Assembly: GCA_903884815.1 (NCBI GenBank)
Contig: CAISGE010000021.1
Location: forward strand, 64,448 to 128,447
DNA length: 64,000 nt
From: Candidatus Omnitrophota bacterium
GTDB lineage: Bacteria; Omnitrophota; Omnitrophia; Omnitrophales; Aquincolibacteriaceae
Direction of reading: 5' to 3'
Part shown: positions 7,874 to 16,797 of the stretch, one piece after another
How the letters are laid out: every line of letters begins with the position of its first letter
How positions within the stretch are numbered: position 1 is the first letter of the stretch
Position numbers and translations under genes: made by a program
The notes under the pieces: generated by a model
Told to the model about the DNA's origin: nothing
The model's database searches: none
What the model saw: the letters and a program-made list of their open reading frames with translations, nothing else

Positions 7874-8961
7874 TCTTCGCGAAGCCCCAGCCCGAGCGCC
7901 ACGGGAAGTAGCGCCTCATTCATTTTAAGAACAGCGGGATCCACCTCGGAAGAACATTGGATCTTCCCGAGAAGATCCATGACCATCACAGGGATTTGCA
8001 ATCCGTCGCTTAAGGCCTTCAAGACAGCAGGGTGCGATAAAGAGCCGCTCAAAAAAAGCTTTGTGATGGGCTGCGACTGGCCGGATTGATCATGATAGTA
8101 ATCGAAAGAGACGCGCAGGTCGCCGATCAACCCATCAAGACTCTCCGCGATCGCCTGCCCCTCTTCCGGAGAAGGCGTTTGATTCTTCTCGAAGAACTGC
8201 TCGATCTTCTCATCCGTAAGACTGGAGCGGGTCTTCATGCGTTTAAACAGATCATAGGTTCCATAGGAGATATCACGGATAAAACGCGGCTTGCCGTCAC
8301 GGACGATCCCCAGTGTCGAGATCTCAGCGCCAAGATCTAAAATCCCAGTATGCCCCGAGAAATCCACCGGATGAAAATATTCCATAGCTGCCATCACGGA
8401 CAGGATATCCACATCCACGACGGAGAGACTGCATTCCAGATTACGGAAGATCTCAAGCGTCGGGTCAAGCTCTTGGCGTTTGATCACCGCCAGCATCACT
8501 TCCATTTTCTCCCCATCGTCGGTCTTCAGACTCGGCTCGACCACGCCGAAATCCAGCACCACATCGCTTAACTCAAAGGGAATGTATTGCTCCGCCTCGT
8601 ATTTCATAGCGCTACGGAGGTCTTCGATCTTCATCGACGGAAAACGGATAAAACGGATCACGATCCCGTGGCCCTTAAGAGACACGCGGATCCCGTCTTT
8701 GGGGAACTTCGTACCATCCAGGAAGGGTTTTAGGGCCAGGGCCGGTTTCTGGTCATGAAACACATTCTTGATAATATTCAGCCGATGGATAAAAAGATGG
8801 TCGGAACGTTTTTCAAGCTGCAGCAAAACGGTGCGGGTCGGGTCGAGATCACAAACAGTAACCTTGGAAGGAACTGCTTTTCCAGCCATGCTCTTTGAAG
8901 AAAAATTCGCAAGGAAGGCAGTCAAGTTTTCATTCAGGCTTTTCAGGGTCAGAGGGCTCAT
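7870..8961 (-). CDS. pilM: type IV pilus assembly ATPase-like protein PilM (actin-like fold)
   Basis: 363-aa ORF with the PilM/FtsA-like fold and conserved segments (..VDVDILSVMAAMEY..GILDLGAEISTLGIV..LFLSGSLS..). The first 24 residues do not look PilM-like. An alternative start at the ATG at 8889 (MAGKAVPSKVTVCDLD..) is plausible. Confidence 0.85.
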   Translation of the reverse strand: MSPLTLKSLNENLTAFLANFSSKSMAGKAVPSKVTVCDLDPTRTVLLQLEKRSDHLFIHRLNIIKNVFHDQKPALALKPFLDGTKFPKDGIRVSLKGHGIVIRFIRFPSMKIEDLRSAMKYEAEQYIPFELSDVVLDFGVVEPSLKTDDGEKMEVMLAVIKRQELDPTLEIFRNLECSLSVVDVDILSVMAAMEYFHPVDFSGHTGILDLGAEISTLGIVRDGKPRFIRDISYGTYDLFKRMKTRSSLTDEKIEQFFEKNQTPSPEEGQAIAESLDGLIGDLRVSFDYYHDQSGQSQPITKLFLSGSLSHPAVLKALSDGLQIPVMVMDLLGKIQCSSEVDPAVLKMNEALLPVALGLGLREE

Positions 8962-9003
8962 AGTCAGTGCTAGACCTTAACAGAAAATGTCCTAAAAAAA
9001 AAG

Positions 9004-9042
9004 ACAAAAAAAACCCACCCTGTCCGCTTTGGACAGGGTGGG
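9004..9042 (-). terminator. rho-independent terminator downstream of pilA copy 1
   Basis: Perfect 12-bp stem CCCACCCTGTCC/GGACAGGGTGGG (9014-9025 / 9031-9042) with loop GCTTT. On the minus strand it is followed by a run of 7 T plus further T (9004-9013). Confidence 0.7.
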
Positions 9043-9071
9043 CTGAAAACCACTTCTGATTCCTTCGCCTA

Positions 9072-9524
9072 TCAGGAAAGCGCCGTTCCTCCGGAACAAC
9101 CGGTCGCAGCACCCGTCACGCCAGCCGAGGCGGCAACAATAACGCCCGTTTGGTCAACGCAGTAGGTGTTCACCGCCGTGGAAGCCGAAACCGGCGCCGC
9201 CAAAAGGGAGAAGGTATTCGTTGCCGATGCGTACGTGAAATTGAAACCATGCTTCGCACCCCCCCACGAGGCATCCAAATACGTGGGAGTCGCACCCGTC
9301 AAATTAGCAATCGCCGCCGGATAGGCCGGGGGATTCTGCGCTGCACGGAAGCTTTCGCACGCCGAACTGAACGTCCTTAAATCGGACTTAATAGCGCCTT
9401 CGTTGGCGTTGATACGAGCGCGCAGAAGATTGGGAATGGCGATAGCGGCCAAAAGCCCAATGATCGCAACGACGATCATGATTTCCACCAGCGTGAAACC
9501 TTTTTTATTCAATTTGATAAACAT
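9072..9524 (-). CDS. pilA: type IVa major pilin PilA, copy 1
   Basis: Class III signal MFIKLNKKG|FTLVEIMIVVAIIGLLAAIAIPN with conserved G-1, F+1 and E+5. Two C-terminal Cys form the D-region. AGGAGG lies 6 nt upstream of the ATG at 9524. The upstream GTG extension at 9548 in the ORF track was rejected. Confidence 0.9.
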   Translation of the reverse strand: MFIKLNKKGFTLVEIMIVVAIIGLLAAIAIPNLLRARINANEGAIKSDLRTFSSACESFRAAQNPPAYPAAIANLTGATPTYLDASWGGAKHGFNFTYASATNTFSLLAAPVSASTAVNTYCVDQTGVIVAASAGVTGAATGCSGGTALS

Positions 9525-9600
9525 TGTATTCCTCCTGTTGTTTGCCACAGCCTGTGAGTAGCTTAGACTACTTTTCCTGTTACGGCAATACTTTCGATAA

Positions 9601-9643
9601 CTAAACTAAAAACCCCCGCCCTGTCCGCTATGGACAGGGTGGG
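9601..9643 (-). terminator. rho-independent terminator downstream of pilA copy 2
   Basis: 12-bp stem 9615-9626/9632-9643 with one mismatch and loop GCTAT. On the minus strand it is followed by TTTTTAGTTTAG. Confidence 0.6.
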
Positions 9644-9669
9644 CTGAAAACCTCTTCTGATTCCTTCTA

Positions 9670-10125
9670 CTATCCGGCAATCGCCGTTCCTCCGGAACAA
9701 CCGGTCGCAGCACCCGTCACGCCAGCCGAGGCGGCAACAATAACGCCCGTTTGGTCAACGCAGTAGGTGTTCACCGCCGTGGAGACCGAAACCGGCGCTG
9801 CCAATAAAGAAAAGGTGTCCGTGGCCGATGCGTACGTGAAATTGAAACCATGCTTCGCACCCCCCCACGAGGCATCCAAATACGTCGGGGTGGAACCCGT
9901 CAAATTCGCGATAGCTGCCGGATATACCGGAGGATTCTGCGCTGCACGGAAGCTTTCACACGCCGAACTAAACGTCCTTAAATCTGACTTAATAGCGCCT
10001 TCGTTGGCGTTGATACGAGCGCGCAGAAGATTGGGAATGGCGATAGCGGCCAAAAGCCCAATGATCGCGACGACGATCATGATTTCCACCAGCGTGAAGC
10101 CTTTTTTATTCAATTTGATTAACAT
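9670..10125 (-). CDS. pilA: type IVa major pilin PilA, copy 2
   Basis: Paralog of 9072-9524 with an identical leader and N-terminal helix. It differs at about 5 positions, mostly near the C-terminus (..GGTAIAG vs ..GGTALS). AGGAGG lies 6 nt upstream of the ATG at 10125. Confidence 0.9.
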   Translation of the reverse strand: MLIKLNKKGFTLVEIMIVVAIIGLLAAIAIPNLLRARINANEGAIKSDLRTFSSACESFRAAQNPPVYPAAIANLTGSTPTYLDASWGGAKHGFNFTYASATDTFSLLAAPVSVSTAVNTYCVDQTGVIVAASAGVTGAATGCSGGTAIAG

Positions 10126-10278
10126 TGTATTCCTCCTGTTGTTTGCCACTGCCTATTAGTAGCTTAGACTACTTTGTATAATACGGCAATACGTTGCATA
10201 ACTAAACTAGTTTTTGGGGGATTCGAGTTATATCCAATATCTTTAAGAAGGGTCAAACGAGCCTACGGAGGAGGGATT

Positions 10279-11520
10279 TTACTTGATCGCTTGCGTGAGC
10301 GTGAGGATCGGAAGGAACATGGCAATGACAATGCCGCCGATCACGATACCCAGGAATCCCACGATAAGTGGCTCGATCAGCGATGTCAGACCGGAAACGG
10401 CGGTATCCACCTGAGTGTCATAAAAATCCGCAATCTTCGAAAGCATCTCTTCCAACTCACCTGTTTCCTCCCCGATCGCGATCATACGAACAACCATCGA
10501 AGGAAAAACACCGCACTTTTCAAGGGGGCCGGCGATGCTCTCGCCACGCTTCACCGAACCCATAAGATCGGTAATGACTTTTTCGATAAGGGCATTGCCC
10601 GAGGTTTTAGACACGATCTCCAGGGCCGCGAGAATCGCCACGCCGCTACGCACCAACGTGGCCAAGGTGCGCGCGAACTTGCTGACCGCGACCTTCATAA
10701 TGATCGGGCCAAAGATCGGCATCTTCAGCGTGAAGCTGTCCCAAGGCAAACGGCCGAGCGGCGAAACGATGAATTTCTTGAACGAAAAAATGCCTCCGAC
10801 CAGAAGTGCAATGATCCACCACCAGTTCGCCGCAAGATAATTACTCACCGTGATCAGGATCTGAGTCGGCACCGGAAGTTTCGCCCCCAAGCCTTCAAAG
10901 ATCGTCGCGAATTGCGGGATTACGAAGGCCAGCATGAAGAACGTGATCGAGAAAGCCATGATTGAAACGACCATCGGGTACATCATCGCGGACTTCACTT
11001 TTTTCTGAAGGGCGCTGGATTTCTCGAAATATTGCGCCACGCGGTCGAGGATCTCCTGCAATTTTCCGCTCATCTCCCCCGCCCGGACCATATGAATAAA
11101 AAGAGCTGAAAAGGTCTTGGGATGGGATTGCATGGCTTCGGAGAAGCTTTTGCCGGTCAGCACGTCGCTGTGCAACCGCCGAAGGACCAGCCGGAACTTC
11201 TCCTTATCCACCTGGTCCGCAAGAATATCAAGAGACTGGACCAGCGGAATACCCGCAGCGACCAATGTGGCCATCTGCCTGGCGAAGATCACCAGGTCGT
11301 CTAATTTGATGCCCCCGGATTTTCCCTGTTGGGCTTTCTTCGGCGTCGGACCTGTCGAAACGCTCAGGATCGACGAGCTCTTTTTGACCTGCTCGACACG
11401 CACCACTAAAAGTCCCTGGGCCTTGAGCTGATGGACAAGTTCCTGCGCGTCGGGCGCTTCCTGAACGCCCTTCAGATCTTTCCCCGTTTTGTCTTTGGCT
11501 AGATATTCAAAAGAAGGCAT
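10279..11520 (-). CDS. pilC: type IV pilus assembly platform protein PilC (GspF family)
   Basis: 413 aa with two GspF-type repeats and three TM segments (..GVFPSMVVRMIAIGEETGELEEML..). Confidence 0.85.
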   Translation of the reverse strand: MPSFEYLAKDKTGKDLKGVQEAPDAQELVHQLKAQGLLVVRVEQVKKSSSILSVSTGPTPKKAQQGKSGGIKLDDLVIFARQMATLVAAGIPLVQSLDILADQVDKEKFRLVLRRLHSDVLTGKSFSEAMQSHPKTFSALFIHMVRAGEMSGKLQEILDRVAQYFEKSSALQKKVKSAMMYPMVVSIMAFSITFFMLAFVIPQFATIFEGLGAKLPVPTQILITVSNYLAANWWWIIALLVGGIFSFKKFIVSPLGRLPWDSFTLKMPIFGPIIMKVAVSKFARTLATLVRSGVAILAALEIVSKTSGNALIEKVITDLMGSVKRGESIAGPLEKCGVFPSMVVRMIAIGEETGELEEMLSKIADFYDTQVDTAVSGLTSLIEPLIVGFLGIVIGGIVIAMFLPILTLTQAIK

Positions 11521-11523
11521 AAA

Positions 11524-13218
11524 TTATTCCGGGCTCGCGACGCGAAGCACTTCTTCAAGCGTGGTCACCCCGGACTTGAAAAGCTCCAGGGCGTTCTGAA
11601 ATAACGTTTGCATACCCTTCTCAACGGCAAGTTTATGAATAACATTACTCGATTTCTTCTGGATCACAAGCTCCCGGATATCCGGATCCACAAGAAGCAC
11701 CTCACTCGCGCCAGTACGGCCAAAGTATCCCGTCATGTTGCATTTGGCACAACCTTTCCCGCGGAACGGTTTAATCTTGTCCCATTCGGTCGCGGAAAGT
11801 TTGCAACGCGCCAACACCTCGGGCGGAATGATCGCCGGCTCCTTGCAATCCGGACAGATCTTGCGCAGGAGACGCTGGGCACCGACACACACGACAGAGG
11901 ACGCGATCAGAAAAGGCTCGACGCCCATATCCATCAAACGGGTCATGGCACCGGACGCGCTGTTCGTATGAAGCGTGCTGAAAACCAAATGCCCCGTGAG
12001 CGCTGCCTTCACCGCGATATCGGCAGTCTCCGCGTCACGGATCTCCCCGACGAGCACAATATCCGGACTTTGCCGGAGTAGAGCGCGCAAGCCACTGGCA
12101 AACGTAAGGCCAATCTCGGGTTGCACTTGGGTCTGAGTAATCCCCTCCACCTGATATTCCACAGGATCCTCGACGGTCATGAGGTTTTTCTGCGGCGTAT
12201 TCAAGGTGTTCAGGATCGAGTAAAGGGTGGTGGACTTCCCGCTCCCCGTGGGCCCGGTGATAAGGATCATGCCGTAAGGTTTTTTGACAGCTTCGGCAAG
12301 AGCGCGCGTCGGCTTTTCCGTAAAACCCAATTTATCGAGTCCCGCACGGATACCGCTCCGGTCCAAAACACGAAGCACCATCTTTTCACCAAAGTAGGTT
12401 GGCAGTACCGACACGCGAAAATCAATCTGCCGATCCTTGAGCGAAAGCCGGAAACGTCCGTCCTGAGGCACACGGCGCTCGGTGATATCCAGCGTCGAAA
12501 TGATCTTGGCGCGGGCCACAAGCGCGGGATAAAGCTCAAGCGAATGGGAGAACGACTCTTTCAATGATCCGTCCACCCGGTAGCGGATGCGGAATTCTTT
12601 TTCATAGGGTTCGAAATGAATATCCGAGGCGCGGGACTTAAGAGCTTTTTCGAGAATGTAGTTGACCATCTTAATGACCGGCGCGTCATCCACGTTGACC
12701 CGTACAGCAGAAGAGGAGTCTTTCTCATCATCCGTAATGAGCTCCACGCTGTCTTCGTCTTTTTCGCTGACGAATTCGTCGAAGTTTTTGCTCTCCGAAT
12801 AATAGTCCGCCACCGCCGCGGCGATCTTGGAGGGCGGAACCAGAACAAGATTCACATCACATCCCGTCACCTGCTTGATATCATCAAAAGTCCTCAGCTT
12901 GAAAGGATCGCTCGCGGCGACGGTCATCAGCCTTCCGATGCGCCCCAACGGGAAAACTTTATGCAATTCCACGAATTTTTTGGGCAATAGCTTCAGAACC
13001 TCCGCGTCCAACTGAAGTCCCGGAAGGTTCAGTGTCGGAATTTCAAGCTGAAGACCTAAAAAATCCATCACAACATCTTCCTCAAGAATTTTCTCCTGAA
13101 GAATCCTTTGAAACACGCTCTCCCCGTGCTTCTGGGCCGCCAGCTCCAACCGGTCACGATCCTGTCCCTGAATCCCCTGCGTCGTCATCCATTCACGAAT
13201 GATCCCCTTGTCGATCAT
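11524..13218 (-). CDS. pilB: type IV pilus assembly ATPase PilB (GspE family)
   Basis: 564 aa: T2SSE_N domain, Walker A GPTGSGKSTTLYS, Asp/His boxes and a tetra-Cys motif (CPDC...CAKC). Confidence 0.85.
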   Translation of the reverse strand: MIDKGIIREWMTTQGIQGQDRDRLELAAQKHGESVFQRILQEKILEEDVVMDFLGLQLEIPTLNLPGLQLDAEVLKLLPKKFVELHKVFPLGRIGRLMTVAASDPFKLRTFDDIKQVTGCDVNLVLVPPSKIAAAVADYYSESKNFDEFVSEKDEDSVELITDDEKDSSSAVRVNVDDAPVIKMVNYILEKALKSRASDIHFEPYEKEFRIRYRVDGSLKESFSHSLELYPALVARAKIISTLDITERRVPQDGRFRLSLKDRQIDFRVSVLPTYFGEKMVLRVLDRSGIRAGLDKLGFTEKPTRALAEAVKKPYGMILITGPTGSGKSTTLYSILNTLNTPQKNLMTVEDPVEYQVEGITQTQVQPEIGLTFASGLRALLRQSPDIVLVGEIRDAETADIAVKAALTGHLVFSTLHTNSASGAMTRLMDMGVEPFLIASSVVCVGAQRLLRKICPDCKEPAIIPPEVLARCKLSATEWDKIKPFRGKGCAKCNMTGYFGRTGASEVLLVDPDIRELVIQKKSSNVIHKLAVEKGMQTLFQNALELFKSGVTTLEEVLRVASPE

Positions 13219-14984
13219 CGGCAGCCCCCTTCAGGCTTGACGCCGACATCCGCGGTCGTCACACGGAAAACCTCTTCAAGCGATGTCTCCCCGGACATGG
13301 CCTTTGCGATCGCGGATTCGCGGAGCGTCTTCATGCCCTGGGCCCGGGCCTTTTCTTTGATAAGGTCCGCGGAGTCCCCTCGCATGACCATCTCAAGGAT
13401 CTCGGGTTTCATTTCCAGGATCTCGGTAATGACACTGCGGCCCTGATACCCCAGCGAGCGGCACTGCGAACATCCTTTCGCTTTCCAGAGCTGTATCTTT
13501 TTTGACGGATCGAGTTCCAGGAACTTGTACATACTTGGCTCCAGATCGTAGGCCACCCGGCAGCGCGGACAGAGACGGCGCACCAAACGCTGGGCGGAGA
13601 TCATCAGCACCGTGGAGGCGATCAGAAAAGGCTCAAGGCCCAGGTTGGCCATGCGGGTGATGGAACTGACCGCGTCGTTGGTGTGAAGCGTGCTCAGCAC
13701 AAGATGCCCCGTCAAGGCGGCTTTGACCGCGATATCCAGCGTGTCTGCGTCGCGGATCTCACCGATCAGAATAATGTCGGGATCCTGCCGCAGGATCGAA
13801 CGGAGCGCCGCGGGAAAGGTCATCCCGATCGATTCGCGAACATTCACCTGATTAATACCGTGCATTTGATATTCCACAGGATCCTCCACGGTCGTAATGT
13901 TGACCTGAGGAGAATCCAGATATTGGAGGATCGAGTAAAGCGTGGTCGTCTTTCCGCTGCCGGTCGGCCCGGTGACAAGGATCATCCCGTGCGGTTTTTT
14001 TGCAGACTCCCGGATAACCTTCTGCTCCGGCTCGGTGAACCCGAGCTTGCTGATATCATGCGATTGCGCCCCGGTATCCAAAATACGGAGACAGACTTTC
14101 TCCCCAAAGCTGGAGGGCAGGATCGAAACGCGCATATCCACTTCGCGCCCCTGAGTCCTCACCTTAAAGCGCCCGTCCTGCGGCACGCGATGCTCCGCGA
14201 TATTCAACTGGCTCATGATCTTGATGCGCGACACGATCGCCGCGCCAAAACCTTTTTGGGGCCTTGCTATCTCTTCCAGGATACCGTCGATACGCACGCG
14301 AATACGAACAAAGCTTTCCCAGGGTTCAATGAAAATATCACTCGCGCGGCGGCGCACCCCCTCCACCAGCACCATGTTGACGAGCTTCACCACCGGCGCC
14401 TGATTGGCCTGCTCCATAAGGTCCGCGACCGGCGCCTGTTTATCAAACGTCGCTTCCTCCTCGACCATATTGGCGAGACTGATGAGATCCTCGCCCGCTT
14501 CCTCCGCCGGGGGTTCCTCAAGAGTCTCCGCCTGATCCTGATAGAACTTTGCGATATGCTCCTTGAGCATGGAAAATTCGGCCACCGCGGCCCGAATGCG
14601 CTTTCCGGTCATCGCCTGCAGCTCATCGAGAACCTTCAGATTGGTGGGATTCGCGACCGCGACCGTCAGTGTCTTGTCCAGGACAGAGACCGGAAGGCAT
14701 CCGTACGCTTCGGCAATCTTCTTCGGAATGAGCTTGAGAACATCCTGATGAATCACAATCATCTTGAGGCTAACGAGCCGGTAACCGTATTGCTCGCAGA
14801 AAAGCTGGACAAGCTTTTTCTCGTCGCATTTCCCGGCTTGAAGAAGCATATCCAGAAAATGGATCTTCTTGATGCTTTTGGCATGTTCTTGGACGGCACT
14901 GTGAAGATCCCCGGAGGTGACCACCCCGGCCCGCACAAGGGCTTCCTTCAGATCCGGTAAGGCAATTCTCGGGCTCTCTTCCAT
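13215..14984 (-). CDS. second PilB/GspE-family secretion ATPase with degenerate MshEN-like N-terminal domain
   Basis: 589 aa with an N-terminal T2SSE_N domain, Walker A GPTGSGKTTTLYS and a tetra-Cys motif (CPRC...CSQC). It overlaps the downstream pilB by 4 nt. Confidence 0.85.
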   Translation of the reverse strand: MEESPRIALPDLKEALVRAGVVTSGDLHSAVQEHAKSIKKIHFLDMLLQAGKCDEKKLVQLFCEQYGYRLVSLKMIVIHQDVLKLIPKKIAEAYGCLPVSVLDKTLTVAVANPTNLKVLDELQAMTGKRIRAAVAEFSMLKEHIAKFYQDQAETLEEPPAEEAGEDLISLANMVEEEATFDKQAPVADLMEQANQAPVVKLVNMVLVEGVRRRASDIFIEPWESFVRIRVRIDGILEEIARPQKGFGAAIVSRIKIMSQLNIAEHRVPQDGRFKVRTQGREVDMRVSILPSSFGEKVCLRILDTGAQSHDISKLGFTEPEQKVIRESAKKPHGMILVTGPTGSGKTTTLYSILQYLDSPQVNITTVEDPVEYQMHGINQVNVRESIGMTFPAALRSILRQDPDIILIGEIRDADTLDIAVKAALTGHLVLSTLHTNDAVSSITRMANLGLEPFLIASTVLMISAQRLVRRLCPRCRVAYDLEPSMYKFLELDPSKKIQLWKAKGCSQCRSLGYQGRSVITEILEMKPEILEMVMRGDSADLIKEKARAQGMKTLRESAIAKAMSGETSLEEVFRVTTADVGVKPEGGCR

Positions 14985-14997
14985 AGGGATCTAGGCC

Positions 14998-15441
14998 TCA
15001 GGGCGTTTCATGATAAATAAAATAGATCGCGTTCAGGATCTCCGAGATCCTGGCAAGAAATATCTGGGGCATACGTCCGGTTTGAGTGCGAACCGACTCA
15101 AGGGCCGCGTCGTTCATGGGATCAGCGACCGCGACGTAGACCTTCTTGTGATCACAATCGAACGCCACCAGCATGTTCTCGTGGCAAAAGTCCGCATTCA
15201 GCAGATCGGCCATATCGGGGTTGATCGAATAGTTCTTGAGCGGGATATAAGGAACTTTAAACTGCTTCCCCAGCGCTCCGATCAGGGTTTCCTCGTCGAC
15301 AAAGTTCTTCTCCACGAGGATTTTCCCGATGAGCCCGCCTTTTTCCTTCTGATGGGCAAGGGCCTCCTCCAGTTGGGTCTTGGACAACAACCCATCCTCG
15401 ATCAGAATCTCTCCGATCCTTCGCCGTACTTTGGGACTCAT
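14998..15441 (-). CDS. stand-alone MshEN / T2SSE_N domain protein with tandem canonical c-di-GMP-binding motifs
   Basis: 147 aa. RRIGEILIEDGLLSKTQLEEALAHQ and GLIGKILVEKNFVDEETLIGALGKQ match the 24-residue MshEN motif RLGxx(L/V/I)(L/V/I)xxG(L/V/I)(L/V/I)xxxxLxxxLxxQ in tandem. Confidence 0.7.
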   Translation of the reverse strand: MSPKVRRRIGEILIEDGLLSKTQLEEALAHQKEKGGLIGKILVEKNFVDEETLIGALGKQFKVPYIPLKNYSINPDMADLLNADFCHENMLVAFDCDHKKVYVAVADPMNDAALESVRTQTGRMPQIFLARISEILNAIYFIYHETP

Positions 15442-15554
15442 GGAACCTCGCGATGCACCTTAGGCAGAAATACCCTTCGGGACACGATACCCCGAAGTTT
15501 GCTCCTCCTTCAATAACGACACAAGTGGGAAAGAATTTTATCTTTTTGTGAGGG

Positions 15555-16238
15555 TTAAAAGAACCGGCAGAGCGGGCAGCTTTCACAACGGGGAGCTTTC
15601 CGGCAATAGTTCTTGGCCGTCCTCACGATCTGGGCGTGATAATCGTTGTAAAGATCGAGGTCCCCCGGCAACGCCCGCGTAAAAACTTCACGCCATGTTT
15701 CGTAATGCGCCGTTACCGGGACCAGGCCGTGCCTTGAGAAGATCCTGCGGGTGTAAGCGTCAATCACAAACGATCGCTTGCCGAGGGCGTAAAGCAGCAT
15801 GGAATCCGCGGTCTCGGGGCCTATGCCTTTCACAGCCAGGAGTTTCTCCCGGAGATCCGGCATCGCCTTGAGCCTGAGCTTCTGGAGATCCCCCCGACAT
15901 TCACGATCGAGAAAATCCAGGAAACATCGCAACCGGTCCGCCTTCAGATTGAAAAAACCGGCCGGTCGGATCAGCTGCGCCAATTCCTTTTTGGAAATAC
16001 GCCGCAGGGCCCCGAAGGAGAGTTTTTTCGCTTTCTTGAGATTCAGGATCGCCTTCTCGACATTCGTCCAGGCCGTGTTCTGCGTGAGGATCGCGCCGAC
16101 CATCACCTCAAAAGGAGTATCCCCCGGCCACCAGGCCTGATGACCAAAGCTTTTTTTCAGCACGGCATAAACTTCGCCAAGCTGGGCGCTTTTCAGTTTA
16201 CGTTTTTTTTGAGAACGGGTAGGTTTTGAGGATCTCAT
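15555..16238 (-). CDS. endonuclease III-like HhH-GPD DNA glycosylase
   Basis: HhH-GPD motif LLAVKGIGPETADSML and C-terminal Cys cluster CRKAPRCESCPLC. Start chosen at the ATG at 16238 (MRSSKP..). The longer ORF-track start overlaps thpR by about 140 nt. Confidence 0.7.
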   Translation of the reverse strand: MRSSKPTRSQKKRKLKSAQLGEVYAVLKKSFGHQAWWPGDTPFEVMVGAILTQNTAWTNVEKAILNLKKAKKLSFGALRRISKKELAQLIRPAGFFNLKADRLRCFLDFLDRECRGDLQKLRLKAMPDLREKLLAVKGIGPETADSMLLYALGKRSFVIDAYTRRIFSRHGLVPVTAHYETWREVFTRALPGDLDLYNDYHAQIVRTAKNYCRKAPRCESCPLCRFF

Positions 16239-16797
16239 AGCGGACACCTTCCGGAAGGCAATGACTTTGGTAAAGCGCAAAATGATCCGCGGTTTTCTCT
16301 GCGGAGGGGAAGCGGAACGGGATCCGGGAGGCAAGCGTCTCCAGACTCCCCGTCCTTTTCTTAATGCGACCGATCGTCACATGCGGATAAAAGGGTCGTG
16401 TCTCGGTCTTGAAACCGAGCTGTCCGACCGCCGCACGGAGAGCCTTCTGGAATGAGAGAAGTGTCCCGGCTTTGTCTTCCATCCCCAGCCAAAGGATATC
16501 CGGCCTCTTAAGGTCCGGGAATCCTCCCACTCCGTCAAGCGCCACACGGAGCGGCGCATAGAGTGAGGCCACCTGCCGCATCGAACCATCAATGTGATCG
16601 ATCTCGCTGGGGGGGATGGAACCAAAGAAATGAAGCGTCAGATGAACTTGCCGGGGCTCTACGCCACGGACACCCGGGATCCCGCGACGAAAGGTGCCCA
16701 GAATGCAGCGAAGCTCATCGTGAAATAGTTCGTGTAAGGGAAGGGCGAGGAAACACCGCAGAGCCGACCGGTTTAACGGATCTTCCGCCATAGACAT
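16198..16797 (-). CDS. thpR: RNA 2',3'-cyclic phosphodiesterase (2H phosphoesterase, ThpR/LigT family)
   Basis: Two HxT/S motifs (HLTLHFFG and HVTIGR) about 80 aa apart in a roughly 190-aa protein. Confidence 0.75.
   Translation of the reverse strand: MSMAEDPLNRSALRCFLALPLHELFHDELRCILGTFRRGIPGVRGVEPRQVHLTLHFFGSIPPSEIDHIDGSMRQVASLYAPLRVALDGVGGFPDLKRPDILWLGMEDKAGTLLSFQKALRAAVGQLGFKTETRPFYPHVTIGRIKKRTGSLETLASRIPFRFPSAEKTADHFALYQSHCLPEGVRYEILKTYPFSKKT

Larger units (their letters stand above)
9011..10212. repeat. tandem direct duplication (~600 bp x 2) of the pilA unit: 5' leader/SD, pilin CDS and terminator
   Basis: 9011-9603 and 9611-10212 are near-identical at the nucleotide level, covering terminator, CDS and upstream leader. 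They diverge in a putative -10 region and in the pilin C-terminal codons. Confidence 0.8.

Noticed and set aside
9525-9548. ORF-track N-terminal extensions (MANNRRNT...) on both pilA copies and the TTG extension of cinA (17994-18020)
   Set aside because: They depend on GTG/TTG starts. The downstream ATGs have perfect AGGAGG spacing (pilA) or ATGA stop-start coupling (cinA) and give canonical N-termini (short class III pilin leader; MKRSAAIL CinA start).
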